From Candidatus Eiseniibacteriota bacterium (GTDB lineage Bacteria; Eisenbacteria; RBG-16-71-46; CAVPCR01), in the NCBI GenBank assembly GCA_963823555.1, contig CAWGMA010000001.1:1824001-1888000 (forward strand): a stretch of 64,000 nucleotides of DNA, read 5' to 3'. How positions within the stretch are numbered: position 1 is the first letter of the stretch; each line of letters begins with the position of its first letter. Below the pieces are notes generated by a model. It was not told where the DNA came from. It searched no databases and worked only from the letters and a program-made list of their open reading frames with translations. Below, one piece after another: positions 48,725-60,256 of the stretch. The translations under genes and the position numbers were made by a program.

Positions 48725-49576
48725 TCAGCGTGGTGAATACACGCCGTCGAAGACGAACGAGGCCGGGCCCTCGATGACCACCCCCTCACCCTCCTGGTAA
48801 CGGGTGACCAGACTGCCCCCGGGGAGATCGACCCGAAGCGGCGGGCGGGCGCGCCCGCGAAGGATCATGGCGACGGTGGCGGCCGCGGCTCCCGAGCCGC
48901 AGGCAAGCGTCTCGCCGCTCCCCCGCTCCCAGACCCGGAGCTTCAAGTGATCCGGGGCCGCCACCTCGACGAACCCGACGTTGGTGCGGCTCGGGAAACG
49001 AGGATCCTTCTCGAGCCGTGGTCCAAGGACCGAGACGGGTGCGGCCCCGGCATCGCTGACCTCGATCACGAGGTGCGGATTGCCCATCGAGAGAGCGCTC
49101 ACCGTGAGCTCCGCCCCATCGACGACCAGCCGCTCGCCGATCACCCGTCCCGCTGCCGGCTCGCCCCGCATGGGCACCTCACTGCGCGCCAGAGCCGGCC
49201 GGCCGAGATCGGTGCGCACGGCGCGCACGCTGCCATCGGGATCGAGCAACAGCGTGGCCCGGATCAGACCCGCGCCTGTCTCGATCGTGAGCTCGGCCTG
49301 GCGGGTCAGCCCGCGCTCGTAGACGTAGCGGGCAATGCATCGCAGAGCATTGCCGCACATCCCGGATTCGGAACCGTCCGCGTTCCACATGCGCATGCGG
49401 AAATCGGCCTGATCGGAAGGCATGATCAGGACGAGCCCGTCGCTGCCGATGCCGAAATGGCGATCCGACATGGCGCGGGCGAGCCCTTCCGGATCGGCGA
49501 GATCGACCTCGAACCCGTTCACGTAGATGTAATCGTTCCCGAGGCCGTGCATCTTGGTGAACGGGATCGCCGGCAT
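48725..49576 (-). CDS. dapF: Diaminopimelate epimerase
   Basis: FTKMHGLGNDY, MCGNALRC, GNPH, ERGSGETLACGSG. Confidence 0.96.
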   Translation of the reverse strand: MPAIPFTKMHGLGNDYIYVNGFEVDLADPEGLARAMSDRHFGIGSDGLVLIMPSDQADFRMRMWNADGSESGMCGNALRCIARYVYERGLTRQAELTIETGAGLIRATLLLDPDGSVRAVRTDLGRPALARSEVPMRGEPAAGRVIGERLVVDGAELTVSALSMGNPHLVIEVSDAGAAPVSVLGPRLEKDPRFPSRTNVGFVEVAAPDHLKLRVWERGSGETLACGSGAAAATVAMILRGRARPPLRVDLPGGSLVTRYQEGEGVVIEGPASFVFDGVYSPR

Positions 49577-49587
49577 CGCCGCCCTCC

Positions 49588-50871
49588 CTAGCCCAGGAGC
49601 TCAGCCGCCCGGAGCGGTCCCTCGGGCAGCGGACCAAGCGCGACGAGCGAGAACCGCTCCGGATGAAGCATCTCCTCGGCGAGCGCCATCACGTCGTCCA
49701 TGGTCACGGCCTCCACGCGCGCGATGAGCTCGGCAGCCGGGACGATCCGATCGTAGTACATCAGACCCTTGGCCAGCCGTCCCATGCGACTCCCCGTCGA
49801 CTCGAGGCCGAGGAGCAGGCTGCCGCTGAACTGTGACTTCATGTCGGCCACCTCGCCGGGCTCGAGACCATCCCGCTTGAGACGCCGGAACTCCTCGCCG
49901 ACGATGCGCAGAGCCCGCTTCCCCTCGCTCGGACTCACCGCCATGCCGCAGACCAGAATACCCTGGTCGCGGTGGAATTCCACGTCCGTGTACACCGAGT
50001 AGGCCAGCGCTTCGTCCTCGCGCACCCGCTGGAACAGACGAGAGCTCATCGAACCGCCGAGGATGCCGTTCAAGATGAGCAGAGCGAAGCGGCGGTCATC
50101 GCTGTAGGCGAGACCGGGGGCGCCGAGACAGAGGTTGAGCTGCGCCAGATCGCGCTCGAGACAGAGATCCCGCGGGCGATAGTCCAGAGGCACAGGGGAA
50201 GATGCCCGCAAAGGCAGGGATGGATCGAGAGCGAGGTGCTGCTCGGCCAGCCCGACGACCTCGTCGTGGACCAGGTTGCCGGCGGCAGCCACGACCACAC
50301 ATCCGGCGCGATAGGCGGCATGGAATCGCTCACGCACCACATCGGTGGTGAATGCGCGCACCGTCTCCCGCGTACCTAGAATCGGCGTGCCCAGGGGATG
50401 CCCGTGCCACACGCACTCCGAGACCAGGTCCTGGATGTGCTCGTCGGGGCTGTCCTCGTAGCTCTGGATCTCCTCGGTGACAACCTGCTTCTCCCGCTCC
50501 ACATGCTCAGCGACGAACAGCGAGTGTGAGAGGCAATCACCGATCAGATCGAGAGCGAGCGGCAGATGCTCATCGACGACACGCGCCTGGTAGCACGTGT
50601 ATTCGCGCGTGGTGTAGGCGTCGAGCGAGCTGCCCACCGATTCCAGGCAGCGGGCGATCTCGCGGGCGTCGCGGCGAGCTGTGCCCTTGAACATCATGTG
50701 TTCAAGGAAGTGCGAGATACCGAACACTGGGGGCGGTTCATCTCGCGACCCGCTCTGAACCCAGACGCCGACCGCCACCGAGCGCACGCCGGGCACGCGC
50801 TCGGTGACCACCACGCCGCCGCGGGCCAGCGGCGTCACTTGGACAGCCGCCGCGTGTTCCAGGAGATCCAT
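49588..50871 (-). CDS. M16 family zinc peptidase
   Basis: HFLEH inverted zinc motif, GSRDE, SSRLFQRVRE; typical position after pnp. Confidence 0.92.
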   Translation of the reverse strand: MDLLEHAAAVQVTPLARGGVVVTERVPGVRSVAVGVWVQSGSRDEPPPVFGISHFLEHMMFKGTARRDAREIARCLESVGSSLDAYTTREYTCYQARVVDEHLPLALDLIGDCLSHSLFVAEHVEREKQVVTEEIQSYEDSPDEHIQDLVSECVWHGHPLGTPILGTRETVRAFTTDVVRERFHAAYRAGCVVVAAAGNLVHDEVVGLAEQHLALDPSLPLRASSPVPLDYRPRDLCLERDLAQLNLCLGAPGLAYSDDRRFALLILNGILGGSMSSRLFQRVREDEALAYSVYTDVEFHRDQGILVCGMAVSPSEGKRALRIVGEEFRRLKRDGLEPGEVADMKSQFSGSLLLGLESTGSRMGRLAKGLMYYDRIVPAAELIARVEAVTMDDVMALAEEMLHPERFSLVALGPLPEGPLRAAELLG

Positions 50872-50902
50872 GCGGTGGGCCACCGCCGCGCTTGCCGCCC
50901 CT

Positions 50903-53239
50903 CTAGCGCCCGGCGCGAAGCGGGCGATCGGATCGCTCACCGCGCTCGTTGCGGTCGCCGTAATCGCGATCGGCGCGGTCCCCGCGCTCCCCGCGCTCCC
51001 CGCGCTCCCCGCGATCGCCACGGTCCCCGCGATCGCCACGGTCCCCGCGATCGCCACGGTCCCCGCGATCACTCCGCTCTCCGCGCTCGTAGCGATCCCC
51101 GCGCTCACCACCACGGTCACCGCGGTCACCGCGGTCGCCGCGGTCCCGGGTCGGCCCGGCGTCGGGGTCGAGTGCCTGCCGCCGACTGAGCTTGATCTTG
51201 CCCTCGGAGTCGATTCCGATCACCTTCACCTCGACCACATCGCCCTCGCGAACCACGTCCTCGACGCGATTCACGCGATGGGCATCCAGCTCCGAGATGT
51301 GGCAGAGTCCGTCACGGCCGGGGAGAATTTCGATGAACGCCCCGAAGTTCACGATCCGCTTCACGCGCCCGCGGTAGACGCGACCGATTTCCGGATCCTC
51401 GACCAGGGCACGAATCATGTCGACTGCGCGATGCCCGTTCACCGAGTCGTAGGAGGCGATCTTCACCGTTCCATCGTCCTCGATGTCGATCTGGGCTCCA
51501 GTTTGCTCGGTGATCGAGCGAATCGTGCGTCCCCCTGGTCCAATGATCTCGCGCACCTTCTCCGGGCTAACCTGCAGCATGGTGATGCGCGGAGCGTAGA
51601 CCGAGAGCTCGGTGCGCGGCTCGCTGATGGTCGCTGCCATGGCATCGAGCACCTTGAGCCGGGCGAGGCGAGCCTTCTCGAGCGCTTCGGTGAAGATCTC
51701 GAAGCTGATACCTGCAATCTTGATGTCCATCTGGAAGGCGGTGATCCCGCTGCGCGTCCCGGTGACCTTGAAGTCCATGTCACCGAGGTGATCCTCGACG
51801 CCGAGGATGTCGGTCAGCACGGCAACGCGCTCGCCCTCCTTGATGAGCCCCATGGCAATGCCCGCCACCGGCGCCTTGACCGGCACACCGGCGTCCATGA
51901 GGGCGAGCGTTCCCCCGCAAACGGTGGCCATGGAGGACGAGCCGTTCGACTCGAGCACGTCCGAGACCAGGCGAATGGTATAGGGGAAGAACTCATCCGA
52001 GGGGATGACGGGCTCGATCGCCCGCTCCGCCAGGGCGCCATGACCGATCTCGCGGCGGCCCGGACCGCGAATGGGACGCACCTCACCGACCGAGTACGAG
52101 GGGAAGTTGTAGTGGAGCATGTAGCTCTTCCAACGCTGCCCCTCGAGCTCGTCGATCTTCTGCTCGTCCATCGTCGTCCCGAGCGTGGTGACGACGAGAG
52201 CCTGCGTCTCACCCCGGGTGAAGAGGGCCGAGCCATGCGTCCGCGGCAGCATTCCGATCTCACAGCTGATCGGACGAATGTCATCGGTCCCGCGGCCATC
52301 GGCGCGACGTCCCTCTTCGAGGACGGCGCGTCGCAGATCCTGGCGCTGCAGCTCGGCGATGACGTTCACGATATCCACGGCGGAATCCGGGAACGTCGTC
52401 TCGAGCTGGGCCAGAGCCTCATCACGCAGCCGGTCCATCGTGGCCTGACGCTCTTCCTTCTGCGCAATGCGGTTGGCTTCATGAATGCGCGAGCCGAAGA
52501 CCTCGGCGATGGTGCGCTGGAGCTCGGTCGCCACCTCGTGCGGCGGCACCACCCGCTTGGTCTTGCCGGCGGCCCGGCGCAGCTCTTCCTGGACATCGTT
52601 GATGCGGCGCACCGCCTCGTGTCCGAAGCGCAGGGCCTCGACCATCACGGCCTCGCTGACCTCGCGGGCGCCACCCTCGACCATGACGATCGAGTCCGAG
52701 GTGCCGGCAACGACGACGTCGATCTCGGATTCCTCGATCTCGGCGAAGGTAGGGTTGAGGACGAAGTCCCCGTTGATCAGACCGACGCGCACGGCGGAAA
52801 CCGGAGTCGAAAAGGGAATGTCGGAGACGATGAGAGCCGTTGAGGCACCGATCAAGCCCAGCACGTCCGAGTCGTTTTCCTGATCAGACGACAGAACGTT
52901 GGCGTGGATCTGCGTCTCGCAGCGAAAGCCCTTGGGGAAGAGCGGGCGCAGCGGACGATCGATGAGACGCGAACTCAGCACCTCCTTCTCGTTGGGCCGA
53001 CCTTCGCGCTTGAAGAAGCCGCCTGGTATGCGGCCCGCAGCGTACAGCTTCTCTCGGTACTCGACGGTGAGCGGGAAGAAGTCGATGCCCTCGCGAGGGA
53101 GTTGCGACGCGACAGCGGCGACGAGAACGACGGTGTCACCGTAGCGGACGGTCACGGAGCCGGAGGCCTGCTTGGCCACCTTGCCGGTCTCGATGGTCAG
53201 GATACGCCCGCCAAGCTCTAGTTCAACAGTATGCGGCAT
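50903..53239 (-). CDS. pnp: Polyribonucleotide nucleotidyltransferase with long RGD/RGE tail
   Basis: [44 protein letters not shown] and S1 domains. Confidence 0.98.
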   Translation of the reverse strand: MPHTVELELGGRILTIETGKVAKQASGSVTVRYGDTVVLVAAVASQLPREGIDFFPLTVEYREKLYAAGRIPGGFFKREGRPNEKEVLSSRLIDRPLRPLFPKGFRCETQIHANVLSSDQENDSDVLGLIGASTALIVSDIPFSTPVSAVRVGLINGDFVLNPTFAEIEESEIDVVVAGTSDSIVMVEGGAREVSEAVMVEALRFGHEAVRRINDVQEELRRAAGKTKRVVPPHEVATELQRTIAEVFGSRIHEANRIAQKEERQATMDRLRDEALAQLETTFPDSAVDIVNVIAELQRQDLRRAVLEEGRRADGRGTDDIRPISCEIGMLPRTHGSALFTRGETQALVVTTLGTTMDEQKIDELEGQRWKSYMLHYNFPSYSVGEVRPIRGPGRREIGHGALAERAIEPVIPSDEFFPYTIRLVSDVLESNGSSSMATVCGGTLALMDAGVPVKAPVAGIAMGLIKEGERVAVLTDILGVEDHLGDMDFKVTGTRSGITAFQMDIKIAGISFEIFTEALEKARLARLKVLDAMAATISEPRTELSVYAPRITMLQVSPEKVREIIGPGGRTIRSITEQTGAQIDIEDDGTVKIASYDSVNGHRAVDMIRALVEDPEIGRVYRGRVKRIVNFGAFIEILPGRDGLCHISELDAHRVNRVEDVVREGDVVEVKVIGIDSEGKIKLSRRQALDPDAGPTRDRGDRGDRGDRGGERGDRYERGERSDRGDRGDRGDRGDRGDRGDRGERGERGERGDRADRDYGDRNERGERSDRPLRAGR
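50980..51070. repeat. Coding tandem repeats in the pnp tail
   Basis: CCCCGCGCT x3 (50980-51006), then CCCCGCGATCGCCACGGT x3 plus a partial copy (51007-51070). Confidence 0.9.
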
Positions 53240-53254
53240 GGATGATCTCCATAT

Positions 53255-53292
53255 AAAAAGTAGCCTTCCTCGTGCACACACGAAGAGGCTAC
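53255..53292 (-). terminator. Intrinsic terminator after rpsO
   Basis: GTAGCCTCTTCGTG-TGTG-CACGAGGAAGGCTAC followed by TTTTT. Confidence 0.75.
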
Positions 53293-53349
53293 GGATAGGG
53301 AAGAACGGGATTTTCCAAGCGATGGGAACCGGAGTCGCGAGCGCGGGAC

Positions 53350-53619
53350 CTATTTCCTGAGTCCCAGTTCCTTCACGATCGTCCGGTAGCGCTCGATCTT
53401 GGTGGCTTTGAGGTAATCGAGGAGTCGTCGCCGCTGGCCGACCATCTTGAGAAGCCCACGTCGTGAATGGTGGTCACGCGTGTGGATCTTGAAGTGCTCC
53501 GTGAGGTACTTGATCTTCTCGGTGAGGAGAGCGATCTGCACCTCGGGAGAACCCGAGTCGGACTCATGCAAGCGGTACTGATCGATGATGCCCCGCTTTT
53601 GGTCCTTGGTCAGCGGCAA
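53350..53619 (-). CDS. rpsO: 30S ribosomal protein S15
   Basis: [35 protein letters not shown]. Confidence 0.98.
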   Translation of the reverse strand: MPLTKDQKRGIIDQYRLHESDSGSPEVQIALLTEKIKYLTEHFKIHTRDHHSRRGLLKMVGQRRRLLDYLKATKIERYRTIVKELGLRK

Positions 53620-53874
53620 GTCCGGTTACCCTTCTACCGTCCCGCCGGACACCGGCGGGGCAGAGTTAAATCCAGTTCTACCAACCAGATTCCTGTCTCT
53701 TCATGGTTCAGCAGGCGAGAAACTTAGCACAGACGCGCCGCTTGGGAAAAGAAAAAAGCCGCCGCCCGCCACATGGATTTCTTTCCTTCATCCCGAGCCA
53801 TCGGCCGTCGCTGAGTCCGTCTTGAGCCGCCATCCCCCACCCGCACCCAGGCCGGGGCGGAACCGCCTATCCGG

Positions 53875-54861
53875 CTAGGTCTCGGTCACGATGGACCCCG
53901 GCTCGGCGGCCGCAATCGCCCTGGCGGTAGCCACATCGGCGGTGATCTGCGCCTTCAGGGCTGAGGCGTCCGGGAACCGCTGCTCGCCGCGAATACGTGC
54001 CAGGAAGCGAATTACGAGCCGCCGCCCGCCCAGGTCCCCGGCGAAATCCAGAATGTGGACCTCGACGCGCCGCTCGCCGACGGCGAACGTGGGGGCAAGG
54101 CCGATGTTGACGACCCCGGTCCGCCACTCTCCCGATCTCCAGTCTGGACTTGCGGGGTCGCCCTGGTGGCCCCCCGGCCCCAACCGCACCTGGACTGCAT
54201 AGACGCCGTCCGCCGGCAGCATCTTGCCCGGATCGACCCTCAGGTTCGCGGTAGGAAAGCCGAGCCCACGGCCCCGCCCGAAGCCCGTGGTCACGCTCCC
54301 CCCGATCTCGTAGCTCCGGCCGAGCAGGTCTCGCGCCACCACGACTTCTCCGGCGGCAATGGCCTGCCTGAGGCGGGTGGAGGAGACGGGGCCGCCACGC
54401 CCGGAAACCGGCGCCACGACTTCGACCGTGAATCCGAGCTCGGCGCCCAGCGCCTCGAGCGCCTCCAGATCACCCTGGCGATCCTGCCCCATGGCGAAGT
54501 CGGGACCGACCACCAGGACCTTCAGATCGTACCGGGAGAGGAGCACCTTATCGAGAAACGCGCGCGCCGAGAGTCGGGACATCTCGCGGTCGAAATCAAG
54601 CGCCACCACCTCGGCGATGTCGTGCGCCATGATCAGAGCCTGGCGCTCGGAGACCGTCGTCACCGGAGGCGGACAGCGCTCAGGAGCGAGCACCGCCAGT
54701 GGATGGCGACTGAAGGTAACGGCGACCGGGATGCCACCCACCCGACGCGCCGCACGCACGACCTGCGCGATGAGCGCCTGATGCCCGCGATGCACGCCAT
54801 CGAACACGCCGATCGTGGCTGCTGCTCGTGGTCGCCCATCGGCGCTCGACCCGGAACTCAA
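53875..54861 (-). CDS. ribF: Riboflavin kinase/FAD synthetase
   Basis: IGVFDGVHRGH, VSSTRLR, GRGLGFPTAN, EVHILDF. Confidence 0.96.
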   Translation of the reverse strand: MSSGSSADGRPRAAATIGVFDGVHRGHQALIAQVVRAARRVGGIPVAVTFSRHPLAVLAPERCPPPVTTVSERQALIMAHDIAEVVALDFDREMSRLSARAFLDKVLLSRYDLKVLVVGPDFAMGQDRQGDLEALEALGAELGFTVEVVAPVSGRGGPVSSTRLRQAIAAGEVVVARDLLGRSYEIGGSVTTGFGRGRGLGFPTANLRVDPGKMLPADGVYAVQVRLGPGGHQGDPASPDWRSGEWRTGVVNIGLAPTFAVGERRVEVHILDFAGDLGGRRLVIRFLARIRGEQRFPDASALKAQITADVATARAIAAAEPGSIVTET

Positions 54862-55817
54862 GTTCCCCTCTCCTCATGGCCGGCCAGCACCCGGGCGAAA
54901 CGGAGGGGCGCCGCCGTCTCGGGTTCCCCGGCTCGATGATCACCCAGGGCGGCCGTGGCGACCACGACGGCAACCAGTTCGCCCTTCTCGTCCTCGAGGC
55001 GAGCCAGATCACCGGGTGCCAGCGCCTTCGCCACCGGCCGCAGGTCGCCCCATCGGGGTCGCACTCCGTGCCGCACGGCGTAGGCCGCATCGTCCGTGAT
55101 CACCACTGCGGGCAGGTGCATGAGCGCTTCGCGCAGGCTGTGGCCGGACTGCGCGACCACGGCTTCAGGATCGCTACCGGCAAGGCGGGAGCTCGCCCAG
55201 GCGCCATCGACCGTGAAAGGCCCGATGCACTCCCGGCGGAGCCCGGCCACATGGGCGCAGGTGCCCATCGCCACCCCCAGATCCTCGATCAGCGTCCGGA
55301 CGTAAGTCCCCTTCCCGCAACGGATGCGTAGGGTCATGAGCTCGGGCTCGATCGCGAGTGGTTCAACCGAGTACACCTGCACCGTACGCGCGGGACGCTC
55401 TACCTCCAGTCCTCGCCGACGCAGGCGGTGCAAGGGTTCGCCACCGACCTTGATGGCTGAAGCCATCGGCGGGATCTGCCGCACCGGTCCGATGAAGCGA
55501 TCCACCACGCGGCCGAACGCCGCCGTGGGATCCGCCGGCACCGGCTTCTCCGCGGTCACCTCGCCCTCCCCATCTCCGGTGCTGGTCGCGACACCCAGGC
55601 GCATCTGAGCCAGATAGACCTTGTCCAGATCGGCGAGCAGGCCCGCCACCTTCGTCGCGCGGCCGACACAGACCAGAAGGAGCCCGCTGGCCAGCGGGTC
55701 GAGCGTCCCGGCGTGGCCCACGCGGCGCATGGCCAGGAGTCGACGCACGGCGTCCACGACATCGTGGGAGGTGGGACCTAGCTCCTTGTCGATCCGCAAC
55801 ACGCCGTCGCGCATCAC
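54858..55817 (-). CDS. truB: tRNA pseudouridine(55) synthase
   Basis: TSHDVV, GHAGTLDP, CGKGTYVRTL. Confidence 0.96.
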   Translation of the reverse strand: MMRDGVLRIDKELGPTSHDVVDAVRRLLAMRRVGHAGTLDPLASGLLLVCVGRATKVAGLLADLDKVYLAQMRLGVATSTGDGEGEVTAEKPVPADPTAAFGRVVDRFIGPVRQIPPMASAIKVGGEPLHRLRRRGLEVERPARTVQVYSVEPLAIEPELMTLRIRCGKGTYVRTLIEDLGVAMGTCAHVAGLRRECIGPFTVDGAWASSRLAGSDPEAVVAQSGHSLREALMHLPAVVITDDAAYAVRHGVRPRWGDLRPVAKALAPGDLARLEDEKGELVAVVVATAALGDHRAGEPETAAPLRFARVLAGHEERGT

Positions 55818-56785
55818 GCCGGCATCGCCTCGGCCAGGGCGGCGAGGATCGCCTCGCGGGCCGCGGGCAGCGGTCCGGGCACGCGGGCGCCGGCCGCATT
55901 CCTGTGCCCGCCACCTCCGAAGCGCCGCGCCACCTGGTCGACGTCGACCAGGCCCTCGGCACGTAGGCTGACTTTCACTTCCCCACCCTCGACCTCGCGA
56001 AGAAGAACACCCGCATAGGTACCGGAGAGGTGCTTCGCGTAGTTGACGATTCCCTCGACATCCGACTGGTCGGCTCCGGTGCGGGCGAACACGTCACGAT
56101 CGAGCATGATCAGTCCAACCCGGCCACCGAGTTCGGGAACGAGCGCCCGCAGCGCTTCACCCAGAAGACGGAGGGCGCCAATGGGCTTGGTGGCGAAGAG
56201 CAGGCTCGCGATTCGCGCGCCATCGATGCCGGTCTCCATCAATCGCGAGCCGACGCGCAGCACCTCAGGAGTCGTGTTCGAATAGCGGAAATTGCCGGTG
56301 TCGGTGATGATTCCGACATACATATTGGTCGCCTTGCCCTGATCGAGGTCGAGACCGAGCTTCTCATTGAGATGGTAGACGATCATTCCCGAGGCGCAGG
56401 TCTCGGGCTCGACATGGTTGATGTGGCCAAAGCGCGTGTTCGAGCGGTGATGATCGATGTTGACGATCATCGCACTGCCAAGCCGTTCTCTCACTCTGCC
56501 GATGCGCTCCATGGAGGCGCAATCGAGAACAAAGGCGACATCGAATGTCTGATCGCCGACGGCATCCGGAGTCACGATGCGCCCGATGCCGGGCATGAAC
56601 GCATAGCGCTCCGGCGGCAGGTCATGATTGACCACGGCAACTTCCTTGCCGAGATCATCGAGAATCGCCGCCATGGCCAGCTGCGAACCGAGTGAATCAC
56701 CCTCTGGATCGATGTGAGAAGAAATGAGAAAGCGATGGCCCTGGCGGATGGCGGCAATCACCGGATCGAGATCGGAGGCATTCAT
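55814..56785 (-). CDS. nrnA: DHH/DHHA1 oligoribonuclease-PAP phosphatase
   Basis: HIDPEGD, IDHH, TDTGNF, GGGH. Confidence 0.9.
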   Translation of the reverse strand: MNASDLDPVIAAIRQGHRFLISSHIDPEGDSLGSQLAMAAILDDLGKEVAVVNHDLPPERYAFMPGIGRIVTPDAVGDQTFDVAFVLDCASMERIGRVRERLGSAMIVNIDHHRSNTRFGHINHVEPETCASGMIVYHLNEKLGLDLDQGKATNMYVGIITDTGNFRYSNTTPEVLRVGSRLMETGIDGARIASLLFATKPIGALRLLGEALRALVPELGGRVGLIMLDRDVFARTGADQSDVEGIVNYAKHLSGTYAGVLLREVEGGEVKVSLRAEGLVDVDQVARRFGGGGHRNAAGARVPGPLPAAREAILAALAEAMPA

Positions 56786-56788
56786 GCG

Positions 56789-57193
56789 TTATCCGGTCTC
56801 CCCCTCTTGCGGCTTGGTCTCCCCGTCCGGGGCCTGATCCGGAACGGGCGGCTGAACCTGGCGCAGGAGCTGCTCGATGCGGCTGCCATGTTCGATCGAA
56901 CGATCGGGAAGGAACTCGAGCTCCGGGAGGTGACGCAGGTCCAGCCGGCGCCGACCCAGCTCGGCGCGAATCGCGCCCCGCGCGCGGTTCACGACGCGCA
57001 AGAGACTCTCCATCTCGACATCGAGCCGGGCCGAGCTCAGAAAGACCTTGGCATGGGCCAGGTCGCGGCTGACCTCGACCGCAGTCACGCCCAGGAGCTC
57101 GAAACGCGGATCCCGCATGCTCAAGCGGAGGATCGCCGAGATCTCATCGCGCAACAGATCCCCGATTCGCTCGCTGCGCTTGCCGTGTGCCAT
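56789..57193 (-). CDS. rbfA: Ribosome-binding factor A
   Basis: DPR, VEVSRDLAHAKVF, PELEF.PD.S. Confidence 0.95.
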   Translation of the reverse strand: MAHGKRSERIGDLLRDEISAILRLSMRDPRFELLGVTAVEVSRDLAHAKVFLSSARLDVEMESLLRVVNRARGAIRAELGRRRLDLRHLPELEFLPDRSIEHGSRIEQLLRQVQPPVPDQAPDGETKPQEGETG

Positions 57194-57200
57194 GATCCGC

Positions 57201-57482
57201 TTACCTGATATCGGTCAAATAATCGAGCAGGATCGCGCGCGGCTCGGATTCCAGGAGGCGACGCACCTCGGCCAGGATGCGCTCCACGATCCCCGCATCC
57301 GCAGAGATGACCGCAACGCCAAGTGTCGCGCGCTGCCACAGGTCCTGGTGATCGAGCTCCGCGACCGATACGTTGAAACGACTCGTGATGCGGTGCTTCA
57401 AGCTCTGAATGACGGCGCGCTTGGCCTTGAGCGAATTGGCCGCGGGGATATGGAAATTCGCCTGTGCAATACCCACGATCAT
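57201..57482 (-). CDS. DUF503 (YlxP) protein
   Basis: SLKAKR, FNVSVAELDHQDLWQR; usual position between infB and rbfA. Confidence 0.92.
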   Translation of the reverse strand: MIVGIAQANFHIPAANSLKAKRAVIQSLKHRITSRFNVSVAELDHQDLWQRATLGVAVISADAGIVERILAEVRRLLESEPRAILLDYLTDIR

Positions 57483-57507
57483 TGGCTCGGGCGTGCCCGC
57501 CAGCGGG

Positions 57508-60138
57508 CTACAGAGTTCGCGCCACCTCTTCGATACGATAGGCTTCGACGATGTCGCCGATCTGCACCTGATCGTACCCCTCGACCGTCAGGCCGCATTC
57601 GAATCCCGACGCCACTTCGCGCACATCCTCCTTGAAGCGCTTCAGGGATCCGAACCTGCCGTTGTAGACCGCCTCCTGGTTGCGAATCACGCGGGCCCGC
57701 GCGTTGCGCTCGATCTTGCCCTCGGTCACGTAACACCCGGCGATCACGCCGCGGGGCAAGCGGAAGACCTCGCGGATCTCAGCCGCACCCAGCACCACCT
57801 CGCGCTCGGTCGGCTTCAGGAGGCCGGCCATCGCCTTCTTCACGTCGTCGACCGCCTCGTAGATGACCCGATAGAGATTGATGTCGACTCCCCTCTCATG
57901 TGCGAGCACCGAGGCCCGGGCCTCGGTGCGGACATGGAAGCCGACGATCACCGCGTTCGAGGCGGCAGCCAGGAGCACATCGGATTCGTTCACGTTGCCC
58001 ATGCCGCGGTGGATGGTGTCCACCCGCACCTCCGCCGTGCCGAGCTGCTCCAGGGAGTCGGAAAGCGCTTCCAGCGAGCCATCGACATCAGCCTTGAGAA
58101 TGAGGTTGAGCTTCTCCACCACCCCGGCCGCGATCCGCTGGTGGAAGTCGGCCAGGCTCACCGGATGCGCGCGCTGGATCGACTGCTCGCGAGCGAGAAT
58201 CTGCCGCTTGTGGGCGATCTCGCGGGCCTCACGATCATCGCGGAGTACGGTGAGGGTCTCCCCCGCCTGGGGCATGCCGTCCCAGCCGAGGACCTCGACG
58301 GGAATGGACGGACCGGCGACCTCGACGATATCGCCGTACTCGTTGTGCATCGCACGCACTCGACCGGAGTGCACGCCGCAAACGAAGGCGTCTCCCACCC
58401 GCAAGGATCCACGCTGCACGAGGAGCGTGCCGACAATACCGCGGCCCTGCTCGATCTTGGACTCGATGACGACGCCGCGTGCCGTCTTGTGCGGATCGGC
58501 CTTGAGTTCGGCGAGGTCAGCCTCGAGCAGGATCATGTCGAGGAGATGATCGACCCCTTGCCCGCTCTTGGCCGAGATCGGCACCGCGACCACCTTGCCG
58601 CCGAAGTCCTCGACGATGAGACCATGACGGGAGAGATCGGTCTTCACCATTTCGACGCTGGCACCTGGCAGGTCGATCTTGTTGATGGCGACGACAATGG
58701 GAACGCCTGCCGCCTTGGCGTGATCGATTGCCTCGACGGTCTGCGGCATGACCCGGTCGTCGGCGGCTACCACGAGCACGACAATATCGGTGACCTGCGC
58801 CCCACGCGCACGCATCGCTGTGAATGCGGCATGTCCGGGGGTATCGAGGAAGGTGATCTGACGGTCCTTGTGTTTGACCGAGTAGGCGCCGATGTGCTGG
58901 GTGATGCGTCCGGCCTCGGTCGCAACGACGTTCGCGTGCCGGACCTTGTCGAGGAGCGAGGTCTTGCCGTGATCGACATGCCCCATCACGGTGACGACCG
59001 GCGGCCTGGCCTCGAGCTGCTCCGGCTCCTCATCCTGCGCCTGGATCTGATCCGAACCGTACTCGGTGATGAACTCGACCTCGAACCCGAACTCATCGGC
59101 GATGGCGACGATCGAGTCCTTGTCCAGGCGCTGGTTGATGGTCGCCATGAACCCGAGACGGAGACAGGTGGCAATGACTTCGGACGCCGCCTCCTCCATG
59201 AGCTGGGCCAGCTCGGCGAGCGTGATGAACTCGGTGGCTTTGAGCTTCTGCGCAGCTTCGACGGCGACTCCGCCTTCCTCGCGTGCTCGCCGCCTGTGCT
59301 TGGCCGTCTTCTTGCCACCGTCGACGACGTGCATGGTCTTGCGCACGCTCTCGCGGATCTTCTTCTGATCGTAGACTTTCTTCGTCCCCTTCCGGTCCTT
59401 GGCACCACCGCTGCGGCGGCGCCCGGCATCGCCCCCCGCCGCGGCCGGCCCCGCCGTCGGGGCCGTCCGGTATTCGGGACGGCGACCACCCGGAGCCTCG
59501 CGGCCGGCACTCGCCGCTGGTCGTGGCGCATAGGTCCGGCCACCGGGTCGGAACGGGGGCCGCGGGGGCGGAGTCGCCCCGGGCGCCATGGCGGACTGAC
59601 TCGGCCGACGGAAGGCTGCGGGCTTGGGCGGCGGCGCAGGGGGGGCAGGAGGGGGCGTCGGGCGCGCCTTGGCCGGACGGGCCGGCGCTGGACGCGGCGT
59701 CCTTGCCGGCTTCGGGGCGGCCGGCAGGGGGGTGCGGGCCGGAGCCTCGGGCTTGGCCGGGGGTGCCGACGGCTCCGCCGGAGGGGCGGGCGCGCTGGCT
59801 GCCGGCACCGGCGGCGCCTCCGCTGGAGGTTCAGCGACCGCGGCAGCAGGTGCTGCCGGCGGCGGAGCTTCAACCGGGGCAGGTGCCGGTGGGGCCGCCG
59901 GTGGCACGGGGGCCGCCTCCGCCGCGTGGCGCTGGCGCTCTCGCTTCGCCACGTCCGCTCGCTTGATCTTCTCCTTCTCGCTGTCGAATCGAGCGTGAAG
60001 CGCCTCCTCGACGGCATCATCCACCGCCGACATATGGCTCTTCACCTCGGCGCCCATCGCGCGAATGATCTCGACCAGCGCCTCGCTCGAGATCTTGAGG
60101 TCGCGAGCGACCTCATATACTCGCTTCTTCTTGACCAA
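57508..60138 (-). CDS. infB: Translation initiation factor IF-2
   Basis: [33 protein letters not shown]. Confidence 0.98.
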   Translation of the reverse strand: MVKKKRVYEVARDLKISSEALVEIIRAMGAEVKSHMSAVDDAVEEALHARFDSEKEKIKRADVAKRERQRHAAEAAPVPPAAPPAPAPVEAPPPAAPAAAVAEPPAEAPPVPAASAPAPPAEPSAPPAKPEAPARTPLPAAPKPARTPRPAPARPAKARPTPPPAPPAPPPKPAAFRRPSQSAMAPGATPPPRPPFRPGGRTYAPRPAASAGREAPGGRRPEYRTAPTAGPAAAGGDAGRRRSGGAKDRKGTKKVYDQKKIRESVRKTMHVVDGGKKTAKHRRRAREEGGVAVEAAQKLKATEFITLAELAQLMEEAASEVIATCLRLGFMATINQRLDKDSIVAIADEFGFEVEFITEYGSDQIQAQDEEPEQLEARPPVVTVMGHVDHGKTSLLDKVRHANVVATEAGRITQHIGAYSVKHKDRQITFLDTPGHAAFTAMRARGAQVTDIVVLVVAADDRVMPQTVEAIDHAKAAGVPIVVAINKIDLPGASVEMVKTDLSRHGLIVEDFGGKVVAVPISAKSGQGVDHLLDMILLEADLAELKADPHKTARGVVIESKIEQGRGIVGTLLVQRGSLRVGDAFVCGVHSGRVRAMHNEYGDIVEVAGPSIPVEVLGWDGMPQAGETLTVLRDDREAREIAHKRQILAREQSIQRAHPVSLADFHQRIAAGVVEKLNLILKADVDGSLEALSDSLEQLGTAEVRVDTIHRGMGNVNESDVLLAAASNAVIVGFHVRTEARASVLAHERGVDINLYRVIYEAVDDVKKAMAGLLKPTEREVVLGAAEIREVFRLPRGVIAGCYVTEGKIERNARARVIRNQEAVYNGRFGSLKRFKEDVREVASGFECGLTVEGYDQVQIGDIVEAYRIEEVARTL

Positions 60139-60256
60139 GCTCCATCCACCTCCAGCCGGTACGAGCGAAAAGCCTCTAGCTCATGACTACTCCCGACTCT
60201 GTTCGCATCACCCGTTGCCGCGCCAGACCGGTTGCCCGGTCCAGCTGCGGGCCAAT

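Noticed and set aside
50872..51129. AIAGTV-repeat N-terminal extension on the M16 peptidase
   Set aside because: Alternative-frame reading of the pnp tail repeats; the true start is probably 50871
50804..60186. Very long plus-strand ORFs (679 aa, 925 aa)
   Set aside because: Antisense to pnp and infB, an artefact of high-GC codon bias
60139..60256. ylxR/L7Ae genes between nusA and infB
   Set aside because: Gap is only ~118 nt; these genes are absent in many lineages
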